Source: Heptranchias perlo
Taxonomy: Eukaryota
Assembly (NCBI RefSeq): GCF_035084215.1
Contig: NC_090363.1
Location: 13,268,001 to 13,332,000, forward strand
Length of the DNA stretch: 64,000 nucleotides
Direction: 5' to 3'
A model generated the notes under the pieces. The model was not told where the DNA came from and did no database searches. It worked only from the letters and a program-made list of their open reading frames with translations. The translations under genes and the position numbers were made by a program. Below, piece after piece: positions 48,430 through 59,559 of this stretch (within the stretch, counting starts at the first letter, position 1; every line of letters starts with the position of its first letter).

Positions 48430-49190
48430 TTTTTTTTATTCGTTCATAGGATGTGGGCGTCGCTGACGAGGCCGGCATTTATTGCCCATCCCTAATTGCC
48501 CTTGAGAAGGTGGTGGTGAGCCGCCTTCTTGAACCGCTGCAGTCCGTGTGGTGACGGTTCTCCCACAGTGCTGTTAGGAAGGGAGTTCCAGGATTTTGAC
48601 CCAGCGACGATGAAGGAACGGCGATATATTTCCAAGTCGGGATGGTGTGTGACTTGGAGGGGAACGTGCAGGTGGTGTTGTTCCCATGTGCCTGCTGCCC
48701 TTGTCCTTCTAGGTGGTAGAGGTCGCGGGTTTGGGAGGTGCTGTCGAAGAAGCCTTGGCGAGTTGCTGCAGTACATCCTGTGGATGGTACACACTGCAGC
48801 CACTGTGCGCCGGTGGTGAAGGGAGTGAATGTTTAGGGTGGGGGAGGGAGCGGGTTTTTAAAATGGGGGAACCAACACGAGGGAAAAACCGACTTGACCT
48901 CGTCCTCACCAATTTACCTATCGCAGATGCACCTGTCCATGACAGTATTGGAAGGAGTGAACTCCAAGTCACACACCATCCCGACTTGGAAATATATCGC
49001 CGTTCCTTCATCGTCGCTGGGTCAAAATCCTGGAACTCCCTTCCTAACAGCACTGTGGGAGAACCTTCACCACACGGACTGCAGCGGTTCAAGAAGGCGG
49101 CTCACCACCACCTTCTCAAGGGCAATTAGGGATGGGCAATAAATGTTGGCCTTGCCAGCCCACACCCCAAGAATTAATAATAATAAAGAA
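48430..49190. mobile_element. Rearranged family B LINE: two outward-facing 3' ends around an endonuclease fragment
   Basis: minus copy 48430-48840; PTRGKNRLDLVLTN piece; plus copy about 48962-49190. Confidence 0.8.
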
Positions 49191-49509
49191 AAATTTGTAC
49201 AAAACACTGGTGAGGCCACAGTTTAGAGTGGGGTGTGCCATTTTGGGTGCTCCGGGACTATTAAGCCATAGAGAGCGTACAGTGTAGATTCAGGATGGAG
49301 AACTATACCAGTCTCAGACTAGAGAGTGGGATGATTCCTGGAAGTCTAAGAGGAGATTTAATCGAGGTTTTCTTGACTCACCGCACTCTGTGTGGTGAAG
49401 ATGCTCCCATGGTGCTGATATGATGTGGAGATGCCGGTGATGGACTGGGGTTGACAAATGTAAGGAATCTTACAACACCAGGTTATAGTCCAACTGTTTT
49501 ATTTGAAAA

Positions 49510-49546
49510 TCACAAGCTTTCGGAGGCTTTCTCCTTCGTCAGGTGA
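49510..49546 (-). ncRNA. Minimal type I hammerhead ribozyme motif
   Basis: reverse complement of 50379-50415. Confidence 0.65.
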
Positions 49547-50378
49547 GCGAGTGTGGGATTCCATGGAAGGTTACCGCATTTATATTCAGAGAACAATACC
49601 TGGTGATTACAGATAATCTTTCCAACTGCCTGTTGTCAAGGCAATCAAAGTGTTCAGACAGAGTGATGTTACCTACAGGACCACCGAGTACACAAACGGC
49701 CAGAACACAAAACAGAGAGAGAGAGGGAGAGAAACATCCGAAAGGAAGAGAAAGACAGAGAATGACCCGTTGTATTAAAAACAGATAACTTTTTTTGCTG
49801 GTGGGGTTACGTGTAGCGTGACATGAACCCAAGATCCCGGTTGAGGCCGTCCTCATGGGTGCGGAACTTGGCTATCAATTTCTGTTCGACGATTTTGCGT
49901 TGTCGTGTGTCTCGAAGGCCGCCTTGGAGTACGCTTACCCGAAGATCGGTGGCTGAATGTCCTTGACTGCTGAAGTGTTCCCCGACTGGGAGGGAACCCT
50001 CCTGCCTTCGAGACACACGACAACGCAAAATCGTCGAACAGAAATTGATAGCCAAGTTCCGCACCCATGAGGACGGCCTCAACCGGGATCTTGGGTTCAT
50101 GTCACGCTACACGTAACCCCACCAGCAAAAAAAAGTTATCTGTTTTTAGCACAACGGGTCATTCTCTGTCTTTCTCTTCCTTTCAGATGTTTCTCTCTCC
50201 CTCTCTCTCTCTGTTTTGTGTTCTGGCCGTTTGTGTACTCGGTGGTCCTGTAGGTAACATCACTCTGTCTGAACACTTTGATTGCCTTGACAACGGGCAG
50301 TTGGAAAGATTATCTGTAATCACCAGGTATTGTTCTCTGAATATAAATGTGGTAACCTTCATGGAATCCCACACTCGC

Positions 50379-50415
50379 TCACCTGACGAAGGAGAAAGCC
50401 TCCGAAAGCTTGTGA
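50379..50415 (+). ncRNA. Minimal type I hammerhead ribozyme motif
   Basis: UCAC-CUGACGA-A-GGAG(AAAGC)CUCC-GAAA-G-CUU-GUGA. Confidence 0.65.
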
Positions 50416-50970
50416 TTTTCAAATAAAACAGTTGGACTATAACCTGGTGTTGTAAGATTCCTTACAATGGTGCTGATAGGCGGGGACTTGTTCATTGTCG
50501 CCATTTAATACAATGGAGTGGCTCAGTGGGATATTTCAACCATGATGGTGTGGGACTGGAGTCACAAGTAGGCCCAGACCGGGTAAAGACGGCAGGTTTC
50601 CTTCCCCAAAGGGGATTAGTGACCCAGTTGGGTTTTGACCACAATCTGGCAGCTTCACAGTCACTTTTACTGATATCAGCTTCTTAAATCATCAGATTTT
50701 TGAAACTGAATTCAGATTCTCAAACTACCCTGGTGGGATTTGAACCTGTGATCTCCAGAGGCCTGGATTACGAGTCCAGTGATGTCACCGCTACACCGCC
50801 CTATAACGCAGGCGACAGGGGTCGTGGACAGAGCCGAGGGAAGGATTGAACCTCAGACCACAAGTTTGGCCGCAGCCCTGTGCTCTCAGATACCCTGAGG
50901 AGTGACTGCTCCCGACAGACAGAGCTCAGGCCTGGGCCCCCCCCCCGCCTGGACTGGTAGCACGAGTTAC

Positions 50971-51176
50971 CTGGCTGCAGGGTGCTCGAGCAGCAGGGAC
51001 TGCAAAATCCAGCTCCCGTCCCTGGTGATGAGGATCTCTCCGCAGGCTCTGACGAACAGCACCTGGCCTGCGTCAGGCCCAAAGCAGCGCGCGACGATGT
51101 TCTCCAGGGTTTCTGCTATGTGAACCAGGCTTCCAATGTCCATCACACACTCGGGCTGCATCTCCACACAACACAT
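50971..51176 (-). CDS. BBS10: BBS10 first coding exon
   Basis: IAETLENIVARCFGPDAGQVLF..GEILITRDG..LEHPAAR, donor AG|gtaac in phase 2; ATG at 51176 (alternatives 51161, 51143); about 625 aa in total; a splice acceptor precedes position 51183. Confidence 0.9.
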
Positions 51177-51236
51177 TCCCAACCTGGAGAAAAAGAACAG
51201 AGGAAACCTGCTCACTGGGGTGCGGGGCAGAGTCAT

Positions 51237-51471
51237 GGGGGGGTGATTTTAAACCCCAAGGACGGGTGGGTTGGGGGCGGGCGGGCGGGAGTTGAAAATA
51301 GTTGTTTTTTGGGTCACGACCGCAACCCCGGCTTTATTTCCGGGTTTAACGTCGGCGAGTAAAAGTCCAGGCTTCTCACCGGGAACGCAAAGTCCGAAAA
51401 TTTTGCGGTCGCCACCCAAAAAAACAACTATTTTCAACTCCCGCCCGCCCCCAACCCACCTGTTCTTGGGG
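51237..51471. mobile_element. MITE, second copy in reverse orientation, one TIR truncated
   Basis: matches 14155-14393. Confidence 0.8.
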
Positions 51472-51526
51472 ATCTTGCACTTGTCACAGTGAGACCTGAC
51501 AGTGCTGGGGACTGGAAGAGTTGAAC

Positions 51527-53455
51527 CACTGTCCCATCAAACACTCCCAGAGCAGGTACAGCACGGGTTCGATACAGAGTAAAGCTCCCTCTACACTGTC
51601 CCATCAAACACTCCCAGGGCAGGTACAGCATGGGTTCGATACAGAGTAAAGCTCCCTCTACACTGTCCCATCAAACACTCCCAGGGCAGGAACAGCACGG
51701 GTTCGATACAGAGTAAAGCTCCCTCTACACTGTCCCATGAAACACTCCCAGGGCAGGAACAGCACGGGTTCGATACAGAGTAAAGCTCCCTCTACACTGT
51801 CCCATCAAACACTCCCAGGGCAAGTACAGCACGGGTTAGATACAGAGTAAAGCTCCCTCTACACTGTCCCATCAAACACTCCCAGGGCAGGTACAGCACG
51901 GGTTAGATACAGAGTAAAGCTCCCTCTACACTGTCCCATCAAACACTCCCAGGGCAGGTACAGCACGGGTTCGATACAGAGTAAAGCTCCCTCTACACTG
52001 TCCCATCAAACACTCCCAGGGCAAGTACAGCATGGGTTAGATACAGAGTAAAGCTCCCTCTACACTGTCCCATCAAACACTCCCAGGGCAGGTACAGCAC
52101 GGGTTAGATACAGAGTAAAGCTCCCTCTACACTGTCCCATCAAACACTCCCAGGGCAGATACAGCCCGGGTTAGATACAGAGTAAAGCCCCCTCTGCACT
52201 GTCCCATCAAACACTCCCAGGGCAGGTACAGCACGGGTTCGATACAGAGTAAAGCTCCCTCTACACTGTCCCATCAAACACTCCCAGGGCAGGTACAGCA
52301 CGGGTTAGATACAGAGTAAAGCTCCCTCTACACTGTCCCATCAAACACTCCCAGGGCAGGTACAGCACGGGTTCGATACAGAGTAAAGCTCCCTCTACAC
52401 TGTCCCATCAAACACTCCCAGGGCAGGTACAGCACGGGTTCGATACAGAGTAAAGCTCCCTCTACACTGTCCCATCAAACACTCCCAGGGCAGGTACAGC
52501 ACGGGTTAGATACAGAGTAAAGCTCCCTCTACACTGTCCCATCAAACACTCCCAGGGCAGATACAGCCCGGGTTAGATACAGAGTAAAGCCCCCTCTGCA
52601 CTGTCCCATCAAACACTCCCAGGGCAGGTACAGCACGGGTTCGATACAGAGTAAAGCTCCCTCTACACTGTCCCATCAAACACTCCCAGGGCAGGTACAG
52701 CACGGGTTAGATACAGAGTAAAGCTCCCTCTACACTGTCCCATCAAACACTCCCAGGGCAGGTACAGCACGGGTTAGATACAGAGTAAAGCTCCCTCTAC
52801 ACTGTCCCATCAAACACTCCCAGGGCAGGTACAGCACGGGTTCGATACAGAGTAAAGCTCCCTCTACACTGTCCCATCAAACACTCCCAGGGCAGGTACA
52901 GCACGGGTTCGATACAGAGTAAAGCTCCCTCTACACTGTCCCATCAAACACTCCCAGGGCAGGTACAGCACGGGTTAGATACAGAGTAAAGCTCCCTCTA
53001 CACTGTCCCATCAAACACTCCCAGGGCAGATACAGCCCGGGTTAGATACAGAGTAAAGCCCCCTCTGCACTGTCCCATCAAACACTCCCAGGGCAGGTAC
53101 AGCACGGGTTAGATACAGAGTAAAGCTCCCTCTACACTGTCCCATCAAACACTCCCAGGGCAGGTACAGCACGGGTTAGATACAGAGTAAAGCCCCCTCT
53201 GCACTGTCCCATCAAACACTCCCAGGGCAGGTACAGCACGGGTTAGATACAGAGTAAAGCCCCCTCTGCACTGTCCCATCAAACACTCCCAGGGCAGGTA
53301 CAGCACGGGTTAGATACAGAGTAAAGCTCCCTCTACACTGTCCCATCAAACACTCCCAGGGCAGGTACAGCACGGGTTAGATACAGAGTAAAGCTCCCTC
53401 TGCACTGTCCCACCAAACACTCCCAGGGCAGGTACAGCACAGGTTCGATACAGAG
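51527..53455. repeat. 67-bp minisatellite, about 29 copies
   Basis: unit gtaaagctccctctacactgtcccatcaaacactcccagggcaggtacagcacgggttagatacaga. Confidence 0.95.
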
Positions 53456-54086
53456 TGTCTTGGGTAGTGATCAAGAGGGGAAATGTTTGCTGATTGCTCC
53501 CCTCACCCCCGATACCCAGGGGTCTGAACCACTTTGGGGGGTAATGGCAGTTCCCACAGGTAGCTCACCTCCGCACTCAGAGAAAGTGTTGGCGAGAACT
53601 GTTCCCAACAGGTCAGCTGATGCCTCACCGTTGTCAGGCCGGCGATGATATCCTGTGCTGGCAGTTAGATTCAAAAGTCACTCTATCCAGTCTGTGAAAA
53701 ATAAAATCACAAGTGAGACTCGATTATGAAAACATTTCATCGAAAAAGAAATTGCATTTGTATAGCGCCTTCCTCGACCTCAGGATGTCCCAAAGCATTT
53801 TTCAGCCAATGACGTACTTTTGAAATGTAGTTACCGTTGTAATGCTGGAAACATGGTGCCAATTTACGCACAGCAAGATCCCACAAACAGCCATGTGATA
53901 ATGACCGGATAATCTGTGTTAGCGAAGGGATAAATATTGGCCCAGGACACTGGGGGGGGTGCAGGGCAGGGGAGGGAACTCCCCTGCTCTTCTTCGAAAT
54001 GATGTGGAGATGCCGGTGATGGACTGGGGTGGACAAATGTAAGGAATCTTACAACACCAGGTTATAGTCCAACAAATTTATTTTAA

Positions 54087-54127
54087 AATCACAAGCTTTC
54101 GGAGATTATCTCCTTCGTCAGATGATT
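54087..54127 (-). ncRNA. Minimal type I hammerhead ribozyme motif
   Basis: reverse complement of 54843-54883. Confidence 0.65.
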
Positions 54128-54842
54128 GAATGAAAAGGTTCTCAAATCGCATATCTTATACGATGTTGGGACAGCATCACACCAATCAAAAGGTGTCGTT
54201 GTTATTCAAACAGGCCAGTCACGGAGAACAGAACGTCCCAGTACACTCGATATACATTGTGTCTTTTACACAGGCAAGCAGAAAGAAACTTAAAATGGCA
54301 GAGAGAGAGAGAGAATTTTAAAAAACATATAAATTTTTTCCCCCTTTTTGCTGGTGGGGTTACGTGTAGCGTGACATGAACCCAAGATCCCGGTTGAGGC
54401 CGTCCTCATGGGTGCGGAACTTGGCTATCAACTTCTGCTCGACGATTTTGCGTTGTCGTGTGTCTCGAAGGCCGCCTTGGAGAACGCTTACCCGAAGATC
54501 GGTGGCTGAATGTCCTTGACTGCTAAAGTGTTCCCCGACTGGGAGGGAACCCTCCTGTTTGGCGATTGTTGCGCGGTGTCCGTTCATCCGTTGTCGCAGC
54601 GTCTGCATGGTCTCGCCAATGTACCATGCTCCGGGGCATCCTTTCCTGCAACGTATGAGGTAAACAACGTTGGCCGAGTCACAGGAGTATGAACCATGTA
54701 CCTGGTGGGTGGTGTCCTCTCGTGTGAACTGGGACGTTCTGTTCTCCGTGACTGGCCTGTTTGAATAACAACGACACCTTTTGATTGGTGTGATGCTGTC
54801 CCAACATCGTATAAGATATGCGATTTGAGAACCTTTTCATTC

Positions 54843-54883
54843 AATCATCTGACGAAGGAGATAATCTCCGAAAGCTTGTGATT
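54843..54883 (+). ncRNA. Minimal type I hammerhead ribozyme motif
   Basis: AAUCAU-CUGACGA-A-GGAGA(UAA)UCUCC-GAAA-G-CUU-GUGAUU. Confidence 0.65.
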
Positions 54884-55579
54884 TTAAAATAAATTTGTTG
54901 GACTATAACCTGGTGTTGTAAGATTCCTTACATTCTTCGAAATAGCAGCCGTGAGATCTTTTACGTCCACCTGAGAGGGGCAGACGGCGGGGGGCCTCGG
55001 TTTGACGCCTCATCCGAAAAGCGGCACCTCCGACAGTGCGGCACCTCCCTCGGTACCGGCACCGGTGGAGCCTCAGCCTGGATGTCGCGCTCGAGTCTCC
55101 GGAGCGATCCCTGAACCCACGACCTCCGGTCTCAGAGGCGAGAGCGCCGCCCGCCGAGCGGCTGACAGCCCCGTTGGTCAGTCGGTTGGCAGAAGCGAAG
55201 GGGGTTTTTTTTTTAAAAAAATCGGGTTCGCCAGAGAGGTCAATAGCGGCGCTCGGGTGGGGGACGGCCCTTCAGCACCGCCTCCGGTATTTGGTCGACG
55301 GGGCACACGGGAGATATTCGACTCGGGGAGGCAGCGCCGAGAGGAGCGAGCGAGCGGCAGAGAACTGAGTTACGGGAAACAACCACCTGCGTTTATGTAG
55401 CGCCTTTGACGGAGGACAACGTCCCGGGGCGGTTCGCGGGGGCGATTATCAGACAACATTCGACACCGAGCCACATAAGGAGACATTAGGTCAGGTGAGC
55501 CAAAGATTGGTCAAGGTGAGAGAGGCTGGGAGGGAATTCCAGAGCTCAGGGCCCCAGTGCCTCATCAAAGGGTGAATTT

Positions 55580-56160
55580 GACACCGGCCGATCGCCGAAT
55601 TAAACCCCCTGGGGCCCCGGGCGCGGCCTTTTCCCCCAGGCCGCCGCTGACCTTTCACCTCAGGCCGCCGCCTCTGACCCCGGTGAATTTGACCCAATTT
55701 GTTTCCTTCGCTCAGGCGGCTCCCCGGACAGCCCGGCTCGGCACGTGACCGAGGCGCGACGTCATGGATTCGTCACGTGACGGACCCTGCGCTCTTCACC
55801 GCCATCTTAGTACAGGAGAGAACGGGCAAAGGGCGCTGGGGAAGCCATATTCGTAAAGGGTGCGTGCCCGCCATGTTGGTAAAGGGCGATTGGCAGCCAT
55901 GTTCATAAAGGACAGGGAGCAGCCATGTTCGTCAAGGGCGATTGGCAGCCATGTTAAGGGCGCTGGGCCGCCATGTTCGTAAAGGACGCTGTGCCAGCCA
56001 TGTTGGTAAAGGGTAATTGGCAGCCATGTTCATAAAGGACAGGGAGCAGCCATGTTCGTCAAGGGCGATTGTCAGCTCTGTTGAGAGCGCTGGGCAGCCA
56101 TGTTGGTAAAGGGCGATGTGCCGCCATGTTGGTAAAGGCAGTGGGCAGCCTTGTTCACAA
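55580..56160. promoter_or_regulatory. CpG-island promoter, probably of BBS10
   Basis: CACGTGAC 55742, GACGTCA 55758, CGTCACGTGACG 55771-55782, CGCCATCTT 55800, then repeated GCCATGTT. Confidence 0.65.
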
Positions 56161-56274
56161 AGGGAGGCCCAGCCTTCAGCGGCCAGGTTAGTGAAGAAAG
56201 TCAATAATTTATGCCTGAAAAGTTAATCTGCCTACAGATGCTTTTTCTAAATTAAAACAACAAGGAGACACAGG

Positions 56275-56480
56275 GTTGCCCCAGTGTCATCAAACAAAAA
56301 CAAAGTAAGGTGCCCCCTTTTTAGAGGGGCACAACTAACATAAAACAAAATCATAAAACTAAGAAAAATTCCAACTTAACTAATAATATTATTCCCGGTG
56401 GGCACCAAACCCTCCAGTTCCTGCGGTGCCCATCAGTCGTGGAAGGCCTCGAGCCTCTACACATGCTGACTGACCCACCG
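56275..56480 (-). mobile_element. Possible Tx1/L1-clade LINE 3' remnant
   Basis: minus strand reads RLEAFHD*WAPQELEGLV, followed by a T-rich UTR. Confidence 0.45.
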
Positions 56481-56744
56481 AGTGAATTTTCAGGTTTTGT
56501 TTGGGATTTCCAACGTCTGCGTTCTTTTGGTAAAGGGAGACTCCTCCGTGCCACCAATAACCTGCAAGAGAGAAGCTCAGAGATCCAAATTGAAAGTCCA
56601 CCCATCTCTACAGGAGGTTGTTGAATAGAACATGGTCCCAAGACTCTCCAGTTGATAGAAGCACAGAAGGATGGGACTGGGTTGACAGAAACAGGCAGTT
56701 TTGAGTAGTTGAGAGACCATAGATGCAAGATTTGGAAAAAGAAA

Positions 56745-57142
56745 GAAAGACGTGTATTTCTACAGCAGGACATCCCAAAGCGCTTTACAGCCAATTAAGT
56801 ACTTTTGAAGTATAGTAGCGGCAGCCAATTTGCACACAGCAAGATCCCACAAACAGCAATGCGATAAATGGCCAGGTAATCTGTTGTTTTAGTGATGCTG
56901 GTTGAGGAATAAATATTGGCCAGGACACTGGGGAGAACTCCCCTGCTCTTCTTCAAAATAGTGCCATGGGATCTTTTACAGCCACCTGAGAGGGCAGACA
57001 GGGCCTCAGTTTAACATCGCATCTGAAAGACAGCATCTCTGACAGTGGAGCGTCTGCATGGATTTTGTGCTTAAGTCTCTAGAGTGGGACTTGAACCCAT
57101 AAATCTTCTGACTCGGAGGTGGCACTGAGCCACGACTGACAC
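56745..57142 (-). mobile_element. Deu SINE with internal deletions
   Basis: reverse complement of the SINE. Confidence 0.8.
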
Positions 57143-58089
57143 CACAGAAAACCATGGCCAGTTGTGAGGATGCAGAATTTACTTCTCGGGTTAGTGGTTG
57201 AGGCAGACACTATGTCAGGTGGAAGAAGGAAAAGGGGGTGAAGGCATGTGGGAACAGGGTGGGTAAATGTGATTAGGACTATTTGCTCTCATGGTAAATG
57301 CTGACACGGACTGGTCGGGCCGAATGGCCTGTTTCCATTGTGACTTGTGTGCATTATCCGGCATTGAGCGGCCAAGTTAGTAATGGGGACCAGTGCAATC
57401 CTGAAACGTGAATCTGTCTTTTATCTTTTTAGTTGTTGATGTACCTGTTGTATAATTCCAGCAACTTCTGTTTTTATTTCAGGCCTCCGTCATTGGTAAA
57501 GAGAGGCCCCCCTCTCTTCCTCACCTGCATGCTGCCCCTCGGCAACATGATCCAAATCCATGGGGTTAGTTTCCTTCTGTATTAAATCCGACCCTGACTC
57601 CTCGTGGGGGGTGAAGAGTTCTTTATTGAGGTGATCAAACCAAGCACAAATGAAAATCATTACAACACTCATGCCATACTTAACAGAAGAAAATGAGCCC
57701 ATTCTCTTCTGAGTGGAGATGCTCGACCTGCTAAGATGTTTCCTTCTCCTTTGTGGCTTCTTCCTTACCTCAGGACCTCTTACAAATCACCTGTACTTAC
57801 ACTGGTCTTGTAATCGGTACTGGCCCGACCTTTTGCACCTGGAGCCTCAAAATGTGACGTTTTTCCAACATAACAAGGTCAGGGAAGACAAGGTTGATTG
57901 GTTATTGTCAGCTGGATGAGTTTGGACTGGAGGGAGACGAGGCCAATCAACCACGAGCGGCTTATCTCAACAGGCCAATTTCTTTAAGAGACAGGACATT
58001 GTCCAGAGCTACAGTGATTAAGATAAGGCGGGTCGACCATGAGCAGCTTATCTCAACAAAGCATTCTTACTAAATTCTTTTAAAGATAT

Positions 58090-58360
58090 TGCATCGAAAC
58101 CACAGCACAGCAACAGGCCATTCGGCCCAACTGGTCTATGCCAGCTTCTATGCTCCATACGAGCCTCCTCCCTCCCTACTTCATCTAACCCTATTGGTTT
58201 ATCCTTCTATTCCTTTCCCCCTCATTTGCTTACCTAGTTTCCCCTTAAATGCCCCTATGCTATTTGCCTGAACTACTCCTTGTGGGAGCGAGTTCCACAT
58301 TCTCACCACTCTCTGGGTAAAGATGTTTCTCCAGAATTCCTTATTGGATTTATTATCTAT
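58090..58360 (-). mobile_element. CR1 3' fragment
   Basis: NIFTQRVVRMWNSLP. Confidence 0.8.
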
Positions 58361-58569
58361 AACCTTTACTTTTGGACTCATCCACAACTGTTTCATTGCC
58401 AGGCATATTAAAATGATATGTGCTTCACAACTCCCTGGGCTCTTGCTTGAAAGTTCCTTGACCTGGTCATACTTACACTTTGTATGATGTTGACATGCAC
58501 TCGACCCCTGCACTATGCCCCTTGACCTCTCTTGACGCTCAGTCCGACATTGGAACGTGGTCATGGGAT

Positions 58570-58987
58570 AAAGGAAACGTTGCCAACACCTCCAGGATTG
58601 CCCGGGAGTCTCCAGGAATTGTAGATCAATCTCCAGGACACTGCAGTGAGCAAATCCGGGTGAAAAGTTATAAGGGGCATTAAAAAAATGTTTCAAAAAT
58701 AATTTTTCTTTGTCCACTTTTTTCTCTTAACAATTTTATTAGTTATAAAAATTTCGGTCATGGGGAAATCAAGGCTGTTTGACGGACAGTGAATAATCAT
58801 CCAATCGGAATGATTATTAAGAATGAAGAATCTGTTCGTTGGGCAATTGGCCGTGGGAAGGCGGGGCTTCCTGAGGATGGACATATCGGGCGACCAATGG
58901 AGGGAGTGTAGGGGGCGGGGCAGTTGAAGGTGGGAGGTCATGAGATGAAACCTCCAGGAATTCGTCCAACCAGAGTTGGCGGTCTTC
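58570..58987. mobile_element. Old non-autonomous DNA transposon, possibly hAT-Blackjack-like
   Basis: degenerate TIRs gttgccaac.. / ..gttggcggtc; subterminal ctccagga repeats. Confidence 0.4.
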
Positions 58988-59559
58988 GGTGGAGAGGTAG
59001 GTGAGGAAAACTGCTGGTATACACACGGAAGCTGATGCTGTCGCCCTGGGTGGGGGGCAGCACGTCGCGGAGGAAGAGGAGGGGTCTCGAGGGGAGGGGA
59101 GCTGGTTTTTGCCTGGTGTAAGTTCCATGGAGCAGTGGAGGAGAGTGGCCAGGACCACCCTGTCAAACTCTGCGGAGGGCTTGAGGGGGAGAAATAAGGG
59201 CATCGTACCTCATTCCCATTGAGGAAAGGTTTGGAACGTCAAGCGGACTCTGTTACGCTGGAGGTCTCCTCACCTTATTGTCCAGAAGATGATTCTGAGC
59301 CCATGCTGTCCGCAGATCGGACTCTGGCTCCTTTACTCAGGTTCCTCCTACCATAATCTGTTGATGCTTCACCAAGATATTAATTGGTTCTGTGAGACCT
59401 GACGGAGATTCAGATTGGTATCGAACTCAGCTGCTGTCATGATATAAGTGGCTTTCATGCTAATGTGGATTGGCAGTCCCGTTACCAGAAGCTGCCTGAA
59501 ATTGGGAATATCTAGAACCCTTTGCAGCTGCTTTAATTTCCCAGCTCCCTGAAAGAAAA

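Larger units (their letters stand above)
49421..50466 (-). mobile_element. Penelope-like element, inverted pLTR (foldback) form
   Basis: TSD atggtgctgata (49409/50467); 38-bp terminal extension; arms 49459-49919 and 50004-50466; GIY-YIG C-terminus EQKLIAKFRTHEDGLNRD. Confidence 0.9.
54000..54932 (-). mobile_element. Penelope-like element, inverted pLTR form, with GIY-YIG fragment
   Basis: TSD ttcttcgaaa (53990/54933); arms 54038-54242 and 54728-54932; NVVYLIRCRKGC..WYIGET..RMNGHR..GLNRD at 54360-54725. Confidence 0.92.
53750..55165 (-). mobile_element. Deu SINE split by a Penelope insertion
   Basis: SINE tail 53750-53999 and head 54933-55165 rejoin across the TSD. Confidence 0.85.

Noticed and set aside
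51527-53455. CRISPR-like regular repeats
   Set aside because: Head-to-tail units without unique spacers, no cas genes, eukaryotic context
55773-55805. Minus-strand mini-ORF MAVKSAGSVT*, resembling the mammalian BBS10 N-terminus (MAAAGSVK)
   Set aside because: Ten codons overlapping YY1 and E-box motifs and ending in a stop with no donor; probably chance, at most a uORF
57483-57575. Apparent exon after a strong acceptor (tttttatttcag)
   Set aside because: The acceptor comes from a repeat remnant, and the downstream peptide PLFLTCMLPLGNMIQIHGVSF looks like decayed L2 RT
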